DNA of 35,615 bases from Sulfurimonadaceae bacterium (lineage in GTDB: Bacteria; Campylobacterota; Campylobacteria; Campylobacterales; Sulfurimonadaceae): the NCBI GenBank assembly GCA_041562275.1, contig JBFEYG010000001.1, forward strand, positions 1-35,615. Direction: 5' to 3'. Position numbers and translations under genes: made by a program. Positions 9,807 through 19,136 of this stretch are shown here, in pieces. Below the pieces are notes generated by a model, which was not told the DNA's origin, did not search any database, and saw only the letters and a list, made by a program, of their open reading frames with translations. Each line of letters starts with the position of its first letter. Position 1 is the first letter of the stretch.

Positions 9807-11720
9807 CTAGTTATATAGGACTTTGCTTATAAGTTCTGAAAAAACCACTGCTCGCTTCTCTTTTTCCGGATGTATCATCTTGTAGATGATATCAGCTATT
9901 GTCTCATCTATACCCGGCTTACTTTCCTGCAGCGGTCTGAGTTTCTCTTTTGCAGCAGGCGCATAGGCTTCATAAGCGCTGTAAGCCTCTTCTCCCATAA
10001 GCGAGAAGTAAAGCTTTCTGCCCAGATCAAAAAGTTCGAAAGCTTCAAGTCTACCGGTTGACACATCGGTTTCCAGATCTACATTCAATCCGATATCCTT
10101 ATCCCTGAAATAGGCATTGAGTGTCATCATAAAACCGATAAAAGCACGTGAATACTGGCTTAAAATTCGGTCATAAAAACGCTCAAAACTCTCTCCCGGT
10201 TTCTTCAGCCTTTTGTATTCAAGCATCAATGATTCTACATAATACTTGGCATACACAAGCGGTACGCTCTTCATAACCGAGTGTCCTTCCGAGCCTTCAC
10301 CTGTAAGCTTTCCGCCTATAGTGATATGCACACCGTTGGCAGGTTTTCCATCAACCTTCGCCTTGCACCCTTCAAAGCCGATATCGCCTACTCCGTGCAG
10401 ACCGCAACCCTTGACACAGGCCGACCAATACATCCGGACCATACCCTCTTCCAAAGGTACAGCTTCGCTCAGATAAGCACTCATCTCAATGGCATCGGGT
10501 TTGTTGGGTATGACACCAAACGGGCAATGTTCTGTTCCGGCACAGGCGATCATATTGTTAAAATAAGGGGTATTGACATTCTTGTATTTTTCAAAGAACG
10601 GCGTACCGAGCATAGCCGGGATATCGTCATCGGGTACCCCCGTTATGTAAAGACTCTGTTCCACATCCAAACGTATGTTTCCGTCTCCGAAACGACGGGC
10701 AGTCTCAGCCGCCAACATCATATCCGTCCCCGTAAAAATCCCCGAAGGTATGACCGCATGAACGGCAAAAGTACCCTCACGTGTCTGTACACGTCCATGT
10801 TTGGGATCGAAGTTTTCCATGATGGTCAAGGTATCGCCGGCACTGGCGAAATCGATGCCTGATTTTTCACGTATCGCTGCAGCCAGGTTCTGCATACCGA
10901 CTGCTTCTATCAGAAAGAAGAGTCGGTTCTTGTTGCGGTTGTCCCTGAAACCGTTGTCCCTGAAAAGTTCGATTATCGCTTGAAAAGCAGCACTTACCTC
11001 CTCTTCGTCTTTTAAGAATATATCTGCATTTTTGGCGATCTGGCCCACCTTCCCCCCAAGGAAAAGGTTATAGCCGTAATGCCCGTTTTTTTGAGCCAAC
11101 ACAAAACAGCAGTCCTGACCAAAGGCATTCGAGCGGTTTGCCATCGATCCCGATATCCCTGTATTGAACTTTCGCGGGAGAACGGATATCCATTCCCAAT
11201 TATGCAGGAACTTGGCTTGCAGTTTTTCCAGTAAAGCCTGAGAAGGGAGGATATTATCCATTCCAATACCGTCAAGCGGGTCGTTTACGATATTTCTGAA
11301 ATTATCGACTCCCGTCTGATAAGACGAGATCCCCACATTTTGCAGCTCTTTCAAGACCGTCGGTATATCTTCTATCTTCATATATCTGTACTCAAGCTGC
11401 ATACGCGTCGTCAGGTCGATATAGTCCCGACCGTAGTCACGTGCGAGTCTTCCGATCACTTCTGCCTGCCGCGCGTTCAACTGTCCCCCGGGGATTCGAA
11501 CACGGATCATAAACTGTTGCGGTGTAGCAGGACGGTCAAATATCCCGAAACATTTTAGAAAATACCCCAGATCCTCTTGCGCAATTGTTTCATACCCCTT
11601 CTGGGCATAAGACTCTAAAGTGTCCCATGCTTCTTGGGGAGTTTTCAACACTTTTGTCTGTTCAATCTTGTTCACTTTTGAACTGCGGGCTTCATAGGCT
11701 TCTTTTAAATCTGCTACCAC
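9807..11720 (-). CDS. nirA: Ferredoxin-dependent nitrite/sulfite reductase (NirA/Sir family, siroheme-[4Fe-4S])
   Basis: 637 aa. Cluster and siroheme Cys ligands C393-x5-C399 (CAGTEHC) and C435-x3-C439 (CVKGC), with the duplicated NIR_SIR ferredoxin-like half domains. GTG start at 11720 has AGGAG 7 nt upstream. Calling it nitrite rather than sulfite specific rests only on nearby nitrate genes. It has a C-terminal extension of about 110 aa. Confidence 0.85.
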   Translation of the reverse strand: MVADLKEAYEARSSKVNKIEQTKVLKTPQEAWDTLESYAQKGYETIAQEDLGYFLKCFGIFDRPATPQQFMIRVRIPGGQLNARQAEVIGRLARDYGRDYIDLTTRMQLEYRYMKIEDIPTVLKELQNVGISSYQTGVDNFRNIVNDPLDGIGMDNILPSQALLEKLQAKFLHNWEWISVLPRKFNTGISGSMANRSNAFGQDCCFVLAQKNGHYGYNLFLGGKVGQIAKNADIFLKDEEEVSAAFQAIIELFRDNGFRDNRNKNRLFFLIEAVGMQNLAAAIREKSGIDFASAGDTLTIMENFDPKHGRVQTREGTFAVHAVIPSGIFTGTDMMLAAETARRFGDGNIRLDVEQSLYITGVPDDDIPAMLGTPFFEKYKNVNTPYFNNMIACAGTEHCPFGVIPNKPDAIEMSAYLSEAVPLEEGMVRMYWSACVKGCGLHGVGDIGFEGCKAKVDGKPANGVHITIGGKLTGEGSEGHSVMKSVPLVYAKYYVESLMLEYKRLKKPGESFERFYDRILSQYSRAFIGFMMTLNAYFRDKDIGLNVDLETDVSTGRLEAFELFDLGRKLYFSLMGEEAYSAYEAYAPAAKEKLRPLQESKPGIDETIADIIYKMIHPEKEKRAVVFSELISKVLYN

Positions 11721-11771
11721 TCAAGATCTCCTGATTCTAATTGCTTAATATTATCAGCTTTTGCATCACAT

Positions 11772-11787
11772 ATCACGAAGTCGTGAT
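11772..11787. promoter_or_regulatory. Palindrome ATCACG-N4-CGTGAT in the divergent nirA / 11844-gene control region
   Basis: Perfect 6-bp inverted repeat about 50 nt upstream of the nirA GTG start. Pattern only. Confidence 0.2.
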
Positions 11788-11843
11788 TAAATTTTATACA
11801 GTTTGATTTATGTTAAAATATGCAGATATCATGGAGTCAGACT

Positions 11844-12674
11844 ATGCAGAAGATATACATAATCCTCTTGATAATAGGTGTTTATGCTTATGCGGCGATG
11901 CCCAAACTGTACAATGCGATCGGTGACCCGCTTTACCGAGAGATAACGGCGGTTGAAAAGATGTCCAAGATCAAATACTTCACAAACGAAAGAGCCGAAC
12001 TTGAGCGCTTCGTACGTGAAGCGAGTGAACATAAAAGACTTGGTCTTGTCTATGACCTCAAACGCCAAGAGAAGACTTTAAGCAAAGATGAACGCCAGAT
12101 GTACCGCAACACCCTGCATAAACTTGAGAACAGAGTGGAGAAGATCTCATCCATAGCCAAAAAAGCCCTCTCGGATATGATCGCGAACAACCAGGCGGAA
12201 GCGTTTAGGCAGCTGACACAGACAGGGCTGCAGGTGTTTAAAAAAGATCCCAAAAGTGTTGCAGAGATAAGGACCTATGCAAAGAAACTGAGAAATCAGC
12301 AGTATCTGCGTCAAAAAAGAGAGGCAAAACAGGCCAAAAACGATAAAGAATCTTACGAAAAGATGCTGCGTTCGGCTAAAAACCTTAACGGGATCTGGAA
12401 AGGAAAAAGCAGCGACGGCTCCACGGTAACTGCCAACTTTGAAGAGGAAAAACTTTCCCTTCACTATACTAAAGCAGAGCACAGCAACATCTATAAAGGT
12501 ACCTATAGTGCAAACAAGACACTTGACTTTCGCATTTACAAAAGAGAGCTGATCAAGGCCGGGAACTCACATGTCCGCCGTATCGATATAGAACGTTCTT
12601 ATGAATTTTTGCGCATCAGCAAGAAAGAGCTGCACTTGCAATACAAAGCAGAAAGTATCACACTCGAACGTTGA
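11844..12674 (+). CDS. Hypothetical secreted protein
   Basis: I place the start at ATG 11844 (GGAG with a 7-nt spacer) rather than 11820. This gives the signal peptide MQKIYIILLIIGVYAYA. The central part is charged and coiled-coil-like, and the C-terminal part is beta-rich. No motif recognised. Confidence 0.65.
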   Translation: MQKIYIILLIIGVYAYAAMPKLYNAIGDPLYREITAVEKMSKIKYFTNERAELERFVREASEHKRLGLVYDLKRQEKTLSKDERQMYRNTLHKLENRVEKISSIAKKALSDMIANNQAEAFRQLTQTGLQVFKKDPKSVAEIRTYAKKLRNQQYLRQKREAKQAKNDKESYEKMLRSAKNLNGIWKGKSSDGSTVTANFEEEKLSLHYTKAEHSNIYKGTYSANKTLDFRIYKRELIKAGNSHVRRIDIERSYEFLRISKKELHLQYKAESITLER

Positions 12675-12690
12675 GCAGGCTATTCTGCTC
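12673..12690. terminator. Short hairpin between convergent genes (possible bidirectional terminator)
   Basis: GAGCAG-gctatt-CTGCTC lies exactly between the stop codons at 12672-12674 (+) and 12691-12693 (-). The stem is only 6 bp and there is no U-tract, so support is weak. Confidence 0.25.
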
Positions 12691-13932
12691 TTAGTAGACG
12701 ACCCTGTTTCTACCTTCATGCTTTGCCTTGTAAAGCTTCTCATCCGCGAGTGCGATCATCTGATCAAAAGAACTCCCCAGGTTGTCATTCAGGCCGATAG
12801 ACAGACTCATCCTGAATGATATTTTATGGATCTCGATGAACATCTTTTCAACTTCTTTACGGACATTTTCCATCACCTCGACCGCATGTTCAAGGCTGGT
12901 ATTGGTCAAAAGTACACAGAACTCTTCCCCACCATAGCGTGTCACTACGTCTGAGTCCCTTAACTTATTTTGCAGCAGCTTTCCCAGCATCTTCAAGGCC
13001 ATATCACCTGCTTCATGGCCGTATCTGTCATTTATCTTCTTAAAATGGTCGATATCCATCATCGCGACAACGATATTTAGGTGTTCCCGTTTGGCATTTT
13101 GATAAAGTTTCATGCCTGCCTCAAACAGATATTTACGGTTATACAGACCTGTTAAAAAATCACTGATCGCTGATTTTTCCGCCAACTTTATATAATAGAG
13201 CATCTCCAGACTTGAGATCACTCTTGAAAGCATCTCCTCAGGCATAAACGGCTTGGTAATAAAATCATTCGCACCGTTCTTTAAGAACTCTACACTCATC
13301 ATTGGCTCAGTCGAAGCACTGATCCCGATAACGGACAATTGATTCATATTGTACATCTTTCTTACTTCTCGGATGAGCTCAATACCACCCATCTTTGGCA
13401 TGTTCTTGTCTGTAATGATCAGCTGGATTTTCGGAAATTCTTTAAGCTTCTCAAGTGCTTCTATGCCATTTTCAGCTTCGTGAACCTTAATATGAAGCTT
13501 ATCAAGACTGAACTTGACCTGAAGTCGTGAAGTCTTAGAGTCATCCACAAGGAGCACTTCCCCCTCTTTGAGACTGTGCGCAAAACGGATAAGACGCATC
13601 GCATAATCGAACGAGCTTACACTGTCTTTGTAGACATAATCCAGTATCTCTTTCTCCAGCATCCTTTTTTCCAGATGCTCGCTGGCTTTCCCCGTCATAG
13701 CGATGACGGGAATATCCTTCTGCAGCAAGACATCGACAGCTTCTCCCTCCTTGGCATCATGCAGTACCATATCGACCAAGGCTATCGAAAACGCTTCTTC
13801 ACTTTTGAGCAGAGCCGTCAACTCGTCAAAGCTTGCGACGCTTGTACAAGGTATATTCAATTTTTCAGAAATAGTCTCTTTTAAAAAACGGACCATGGTG
13901 ACATCGTCATCAACGATCAAGATCTTTTTCAC
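12691..13932 (-). CDS. Response regulator diguanylate cyclase (REC-REC-GGDEF, PleD-like)
   Basis: Two receiver domains both look intact: KILIVDDD...ALVDMVL...DYVYK and VLLVDDS...IITDKNMPKMGG...ITKPF. The GGDEF domain has active site GGEEF and I-site RDSD five residues upstream (RDSDVVTRYGGEEF). The ORF-track start at 13965 is TTG with no SD. GTG at 13932 gives the classic MKKILIVDDD N-terminus. Confidence 0.9.
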   Translation of the reverse strand: MKKILIVDDDVTMVRFLKETISEKLNIPCTSVASFDELTALLKSEEAFSIALVDMVLHDAKEGEAVDVLLQKDIPVIAMTGKASEHLEKRMLEKEILDYVYKDSVSSFDYAMRLIRFAHSLKEGEVLLVDDSKTSRLQVKFSLDKLHIKVHEAENGIEALEKLKEFPKIQLIITDKNMPKMGGIELIREVRKMYNMNQLSVIGISASTEPMMSVEFLKNGANDFITKPFMPEEMLSRVISSLEMLYYIKLAEKSAISDFLTGLYNRKYLFEAGMKLYQNAKREHLNIVVAMMDIDHFKKINDRYGHEAGDMALKMLGKLLQNKLRDSDVVTRYGGEEFCVLLTNTSLEHAVEVMENVRKEVEKMFIEIHKISFRMSLSIGLNDNLGSSFDQMIALADEKLYKAKHEGRNRVVY

Positions 13933-14003
13933 ATTTCTGCCTTTGGGTTTGAGAGCTTTTCCCAATTTATATTCAGATAGATATTAGCAGATTATATTAC
14001 AAA

Positions 14004-15641
14004 ATGTCCATCTTAAGTCACTTAAATCATGTTTTTGTCACTATTTGCCTTTTTATGGTACTATCTCACCAAAAATACAAAAGCATGCTCATCAAACATT
14101 TTTTTTCAGATCTTAACTATTTACTCAGACATACGCATAACCGCCTTTCTGTCTTCTCCATCACAAAAAAGATCATTCTTCTTATCATCGCTTCGTATAT
14201 GATCGTAGGTGTCCTCTTTTATCAATATGCACAAAAAGTCTCCTTCCCTTCCCTCTTGAAACACCAGGAACAGCAGATGGACGCGATCGCACTTTTTATT
14301 CAGGCCGAGATCGAACATATTCCCCAACTTAACAGCGACAGGCTTGATTATGTCAAACGCAAGGCCTTGAAAAACTCCCAGATCCACGCTCTGTTCATCA
14401 AGACCCCTTTTATCACTGTCGGCAAGGAGCTGTCCGTACAGCCAAACATGCATCTGTATTACCACGAAAATCTTCCTGTTCTGGCCAAAGAATATCCCTT
14501 TGAAGATGGGAGCTTCATCATCTATTTCAAAGCAGACCAGTACGTCAAAGAGGTCGAAGGCATACTTAATGCAGCCTATCTCACCCTGATCTTGATGTTC
14601 ATCGTTCTGCTGGTCATCGCTATCGTCTTGAAGTTCACTCTTTTGCCTTTGACCCAGTTGGCTTCCTTGATGAAAAACATTGATTACAACGCACCCGTGC
14701 ACTACCGTCTTCCCCATATCACATCCAAAGATGAACGCCACGACCTTGTCTCAGCCTTCAAGACACTGAGTTTCAAGCAAAAAGAGTATGCCAACCGGCT
14801 CAATGAGCTCAACCTTTCGCTTGAAGACAAGATCCATCAAAAGACACTGCAGCTCAAAGAGCTCAACGACTCTTTGGAGAACAAGATCCGTATCGAAGTC
14901 GCTCAAAACAGGCAAAAAGACAAGATACTCTCCGACCAGTCCCGTTTTGCAGCCCTGGGCGAGATGATCGGGAATATTGCACACCAATGGAGACAGCCCC
15001 TTTCGGCGATCTCTACTGCCACAGGCAATGCCAAGATCGAGAACATGCTCGGCATTACGAGTAAAGAGAGTCTTGACGACACCTTCAACCGCATTGACGA
15101 ATACACCCAATACCTTTCCGATACTATCGATGACTTTAGAAGTTATTTCAAACAGGACAAAAAGAAAAAAGCCTATTTTATTGATGATGTCCTCAAAACG
15201 GCACTGAGTATCTCAAAAGGGAGCCTGAACGACATCAGGATCATTCAGGAGAACGTAGACTTTAAAATCAAGCTCATCGGCTATCCTTCCGAGCTGATGC
15301 AGGTCTTGATCAACATCTTCAACAATGCCAAAGATATACTCACAGAGAAAGAGCTGGCTAAAAAATACCTTCTGATCTCCATGAGCAAGACCCCCAGCCA
15401 TATCATCATCAAGATCTGTGACAATGCCGGTGGGATTCCCAAAGAAGTACTGCCGAGCGTCTTTGACCCTTACTTTACCACCAAGCACAAGTCCCAGGGG
15501 ACAGGTATCGGTCTGTACATGAGCAAGGAGATGATCGAAAAACATATGAAAGGCTCTTTAAATGCAAGCAACCGTTCTTTCTATGTCGACGGAGCAGAAT
15601 ATGTCGGAGCCTGCTTCACTATAGCCCTGCCATACAGCTAG
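14004..15641 (+). CDS. Membrane sensor histidine kinase
   Basis: Two TM segments (aa ~57-78 and ~190-212) flank a putative periplasmic domain. A coiled coil follows, then the H-box GNIAHQWRQPL (His codon 14982-14984), and HATPase_c N/G boxes (INIFNNAKD, DNAGGI, GTGIGLYMS). The start is uncertain: ATG 14004, 14058 or 14085, none with a clear SD. Confidence 0.88.
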   Translation: MSILSHLNHVFVTICLFMVLSHQKYKSMLIKHFFSDLNYLLRHTHNRLSVFSITKKIILLIIASYMIVGVLFYQYAQKVSFPSLLKHQEQQMDAIALFIQAEIEHIPQLNSDRLDYVKRKALKNSQIHALFIKTPFITVGKELSVQPNMHLYYHENLPVLAKEYPFEDGSFIIYFKADQYVKEVEGILNAAYLTLILMFIVLLVIAIVLKFTLLPLTQLASLMKNIDYNAPVHYRLPHITSKDERHDLVSAFKTLSFKQKEYANRLNELNLSLEDKIHQKTLQLKELNDSLENKIRIEVAQNRQKDKILSDQSRFAALGEMIGNIAHQWRQPLSAISTATGNAKIENMLGITSKESLDDTFNRIDEYTQYLSDTIDDFRSYFKQDKKKKAYFIDDVLKTALSISKGSLNDIRIIQENVDFKIKLIGYPSELMQVLINIFNNAKDILTEKELAKKYLLISMSKTPSHIIIKICDNAGGIPKEVLPSVFDPYFTTKHKSQGTGIGLYMSKEMIEKHMKGSLNASNRSFYVDGAEYVGACFTIALPYS

Positions 15642-15654
15642 GGCAAAGAAACGC

Positions 15655-16740
15655 TTACAGCCATCGCTTCCGCTTAAAATACAGAAGCGATGCAACAGTG
15701 ATGACAACAAAGGCTGTCCACAAAGCAGGATAGGCCCACTTCCAGCTGAGTTCAGGCATGTATTCAAAGTTCATCCCGTACACACCCGTCAGAAAGGTCA
15801 ATGGGATAAAGATAGAAGCGAATACGGTCAACACCTTCATCACCTCGTTCATCTTGTTGCTGACATTGGACATGTATATCTCCATAAGTCCTGAGAGGAT
15901 ATCCCGGTAGGACTCGATTGATTCGATGACGTGTATCGTATGATCGGAAACGTCCGTAAGATAGAGGCGGGTGCTCTCTTGTATCAGTTCCGAGTCGCTT
16001 CGCAGAAGTCCGGCAAGAAGCTCCCGGATAGGCGAGACGTTTCTTCGGATACTGATCACCTCCCGTTTGAGTCTTTGGATCTCATGCAGCATGTTCTGGC
16101 TCGTATCCGAGTAGACCTTCTCCTCAAGCGAGGTCACTGAGTCATCAAGCGCATCCAAGAGTATAAAGTTCTGATCCACGATCGTATCGAGCAGGTTGTA
16201 CATCAGATAGTCCGAATCCAAATTTCGTATGCGTCCCTGGGCCTTTCTGATGTGGTGTAGCACAGGGTAAAGAAGTTCATCTGCTTTTTCTTTGAACATG
16301 AAGACGAACCCCTTGAGCACCACAAAGCTTATCTGTTCATAATTGACACAGAAACGCTCGCCTCCTGCCACAAGAGATTTGAGGACAATATAGAGATAAT
16401 CATCATACTCTTCAAACTTGGGTCTTTGATGGGTATGAAGGATGTCTTCGAGTACGAGCGGATGGATACCAAACATATCGCCAATCTTCTTGACGATATG
16501 GACCTCTGCCAATCCTTCGACGATCACCCATGTGATGCTGTCCGTATCTTTGTACGGCAAGATCTCGTCTATGCAAAGTACCTGCCGTTCTTCGATATGC
16601 TCTTTTTTATAATCGATGAGCGATATCCTGCTCTGGGCTTCGAGGACATCGCCTACATGGATAAGCGAACCGGGAAGAAGTCCTGTCTTTTCCGAAGTCT
16701 TACTTAAGGATTCAGTCATGTATCCCCCTGAAAGTTTCAT
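15655..16740 (-). CDS. corA: Magnesium/cobalt transporter CorA
   Basis: C-terminal signature YGMNFEYMPEL between two TM helices, with a typical large cytoplasmic N-domain. The second ATG at 16719 (MTESL...) has GGGGGA just upstream and may be the true start. Confidence 0.9.
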   Translation of the reverse strand: MKLSGGYMTESLSKTSEKTGLLPGSLIHVGDVLEAQSRISLIDYKKEHIEERQVLCIDEILPYKDTDSITWVIVEGLAEVHIVKKIGDMFGIHPLVLEDILHTHQRPKFEEYDDYLYIVLKSLVAGGERFCVNYEQISFVVLKGFVFMFKEKADELLYPVLHHIRKAQGRIRNLDSDYLMYNLLDTIVDQNFILLDALDDSVTSLEEKVYSDTSQNMLHEIQRLKREVISIRRNVSPIRELLAGLLRSDSELIQESTRLYLTDVSDHTIHVIESIESYRDILSGLMEIYMSNVSNKMNEVMKVLTVFASIFIPLTFLTGVYGMNFEYMPELSWKWAYPALWTAFVVITVASLLYFKRKRWL

Positions 16741-16786
16741 ATCCGGATATTATATAGGATAAGCCTTAATCTCACCAACAGCTCGG

Positions 16787-19075
16787 CTAGACCTCAAGAG
16801 CGGAACTGCTCTTCGTGTAAAAGTCTTGTTCGATCTTCTGATGTTCGATGATCCCCGAGATCTCTTTTTCGCTTAACTTCAGTCCTTCGGGCACTTTAAG
16901 AGAGTGCAACTGGACGGCGGTCTGTTTGTAGTTGGGTTCTCCCGACTTCGGACAGAAGGTCGAGGATGTCAGCGTATTGATAAGCTGTTCATTGAAATGA
17001 AAAGGAACAAAGACATTGCCCGGAGCGACTGTCTGTGTCACGCGTACAACGACGTCTTCGATACGTCCGCGGACGGATGAAAGGGCTATTCTGTCCCCGC
17101 TTTTGACTTTTAGACGCTCTGCATCGGCAGGGTTGATGTCCACCCAGGCCTCAGGTGCGAGATCATTGAGGATGTCGATGCTCTTCGTCTTCGTCCTGGT
17201 GTGCCACTGCTCGACCGTTCGCCCCGTGTTCAGGGTTACGGGAAAGTCTGCATTTACAGGCTCCTGCATCGGGATCCAGTCCAAAGTAAGAAGATTGGCT
17301 TTGGCGTCTTTGGTACGAAAAGGGATGCTATCCGTATAGAGTCGCGCACTTCCCTGCGGGAATGCTTCGTTACACGGCCACTGAACTCCGCCCTCTTTTT
17401 CAAGCATCTCATAGCTGATACCCGAGTAGTCGCAGAGCTGGCCTTTGGAAACCTTTTTCCATTCATTGAAGGCGTCTTCGGGTTTACTCCAGCCGGGGAA
17501 GAGGTTCTCTTTGATGTTTTGAAAATAGCCGGAGAACTCTACGATAATGTCAAAATCGCTTTTGGCATCACCGGCCGGTTCGACCGCTTTGTTGGCCCGG
17601 TTACAGCGACGTTCCGAATTGGTATAGACCCCCTCTTTCTCGCCCCAGGTCCCCGCAGCGAAAACCACGTCCGCGATCTCGGCCGTGTCCGAATAAAAGG
17701 CGTCCTGAACCACAAGGATATCGAGTTTCTTGAGTGCCGAGCGAAGCTTCTTCTGATTAACAAAACTCACCAGAGGATTCGTCGCGACGATCCACAAGGC
17801 TTTGATCTCACCCCGGTCTATCGCATCGATGATCTCCGCGTATTTGTAACCGCGTTCACGCGGTACCCATTCCTGTGGGACCTTGACGATATCGGCATAC
17901 TCTTTGGCCGCGAGCTCATCCCCGAAATTCCGATATCCCGGAAGCGAAGAAGTAAAACCTGTCTCACGCGTCCCCATAGCATTGCACTGCCCTGTTATTG
18001 AAAAAGGCGCGGCTCCCGGACGGCCGATCTGGCCTGTTATAAGATGCAGGTTGTTGATGGCCGAGACCGTATCCGTCCCCATATAGGACTGATTGACCCC
18101 CATAGTCCAGGCAGTCAGTGCCGCATCCGCACTGGCTATAGAGCGGGCTATCTCATAGAGCTCTTTGACCTCAATACCTGTGATATTGGCGACTTCCTGA
18201 GGCGGATAGTCCTGAAGATGCTTCTTCAATGCACCAAAGCCGTTACAGTGCTTTTGGATATATTCCTGATTCTCCCAGCCCTGCTCCAAAATGATGTAAC
18301 ACAGACCGTTGATAAGCGCCAGATCCGTACGCGCTTTGAGCGGTACGAAGATGTCGGCCATCTGCGCCGTCTTTGAAAAACGGGGGTCGATGACGATGAT
18401 CTTCGGCTTCTTCTTGTTTTTGGCCAGATGAAGTTTCAAGATCGGATGGTTGTCAGAGATATTGGCTCCGATAAGGGTGATGACATCGGCTTCTTCAAAG
18501 TCCTCGTAACAGCCTACCGGACCGTCTGAGCCCAAAGACTGTTTGTAGCCCATGACGGCTGAGGCCATGCACAGTGTCGTATTGCCGTCATAATTGTTAG
18601 TGCGAAGCCCAAGCTGTACAAACTTGCCCAGGGTATAGAACTCTTCAGTAAGAAGCTGTCCCGTAGAGATGACACCGATGGCTTTTGGACCGTGTTCTTT
18701 GGTGATGCGTTTGAACTCGTTGCTCACTTTCCGGTAAGCCGCATCCCAGCTCGCGCTCTCATGTTTGCCATTATTTCTTATCAAAGGTGTTAGTATACGG
18801 TTATCCGCATTGATCATCTGATGTTCGCTCAGACCCTTGGGACAGAGTGTTCCCATGTTGACGTCATGTTTCGGGTTTCCTTTGGTGTAGACGGCTTTTC
18901 CGTCTTTTACACCGATATACAGACCACAGCCGACGCCGCAATAACCGCAGGTCGAAAAGACCCATTTGTCCGGCTTTTTCTCATCCGAGATCCGCCCGAA
19001 GACAGGATCATCCGAAAGTCTGTATTTTTCTTCTTTTATATCCACACCAAGAAAGTCTTTTATCTTCTGTATCAT
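16787..19075 (-). CDS. Cytoplasmic molybdopterin oxidoreductase, assimilatory nitrate reductase-like catalytic subunit
   Basis: 762 aa. N-terminal [4Fe-4S] motif C-x2-C-x3-C...C (STCGYCGVGCG...GTLCPKG) as in NasA/NarB/FdhF-type bis-MGD enzymes. No twin-arginine signal. GAGG sits 8 nt upstream of ATG 19075. The nitrate substrate is inferred from the adjacent narK and nearby nirA. Confidence 0.8.
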   Translation of the reverse strand: MIQKIKDFLGVDIKEEKYRLSDDPVFGRISDEKKPDKWVFSTCGYCGVGCGLYIGVKDGKAVYTKGNPKHDVNMGTLCPKGLSEHQMINADNRILTPLIRNNGKHESASWDAAYRKVSNEFKRITKEHGPKAIGVISTGQLLTEEFYTLGKFVQLGLRTNNYDGNTTLCMASAVMGYKQSLGSDGPVGCYEDFEEADVITLIGANISDNHPILKLHLAKNKKKPKIIVIDPRFSKTAQMADIFVPLKARTDLALINGLCYIILEQGWENQEYIQKHCNGFGALKKHLQDYPPQEVANITGIEVKELYEIARSIASADAALTAWTMGVNQSYMGTDTVSAINNLHLITGQIGRPGAAPFSITGQCNAMGTRETGFTSSLPGYRNFGDELAAKEYADIVKVPQEWVPRERGYKYAEIIDAIDRGEIKALWIVATNPLVSFVNQKKLRSALKKLDILVVQDAFYSDTAEIADVVFAAGTWGEKEGVYTNSERRCNRANKAVEPAGDAKSDFDIIVEFSGYFQNIKENLFPGWSKPEDAFNEWKKVSKGQLCDYSGISYEMLEKEGGVQWPCNEAFPQGSARLYTDSIPFRTKDAKANLLTLDWIPMQEPVNADFPVTLNTGRTVEQWHTRTKTKSIDILNDLAPEAWVDINPADAERLKVKSGDRIALSSVRGRIEDVVVRVTQTVAPGNVFVPFHFNEQLINTLTSSTFCPKSGEPNYKQTAVQLHSLKVPEGLKLSEKEISGIIEHQKIEQDFYTKSSSALEV

Positions 19076-19136
19076 CGTTTTACCTCAATAAGTGTCTCTT
19101 TATCTGCTAAAGAAAATGCAGCTGAATATTTCATAT

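Noticed and set aside
14121-14741. 206-aa ORF on the - strand, plus the ORFs at 14751-15545 on the - strand
   Set aside because: Antisense to the sensor histidine kinase, which has H, N and G boxes on the + strand.
17201-18001. 266-aa ORF on the + strand, plus neighbouring + strand ORFs between 17016 and 18376
   Set aside because: Antisense to the molybdopterin oxidoreductase. Arg/Pro-rich translations are typical of the reverse frame of a well-conserved gene.
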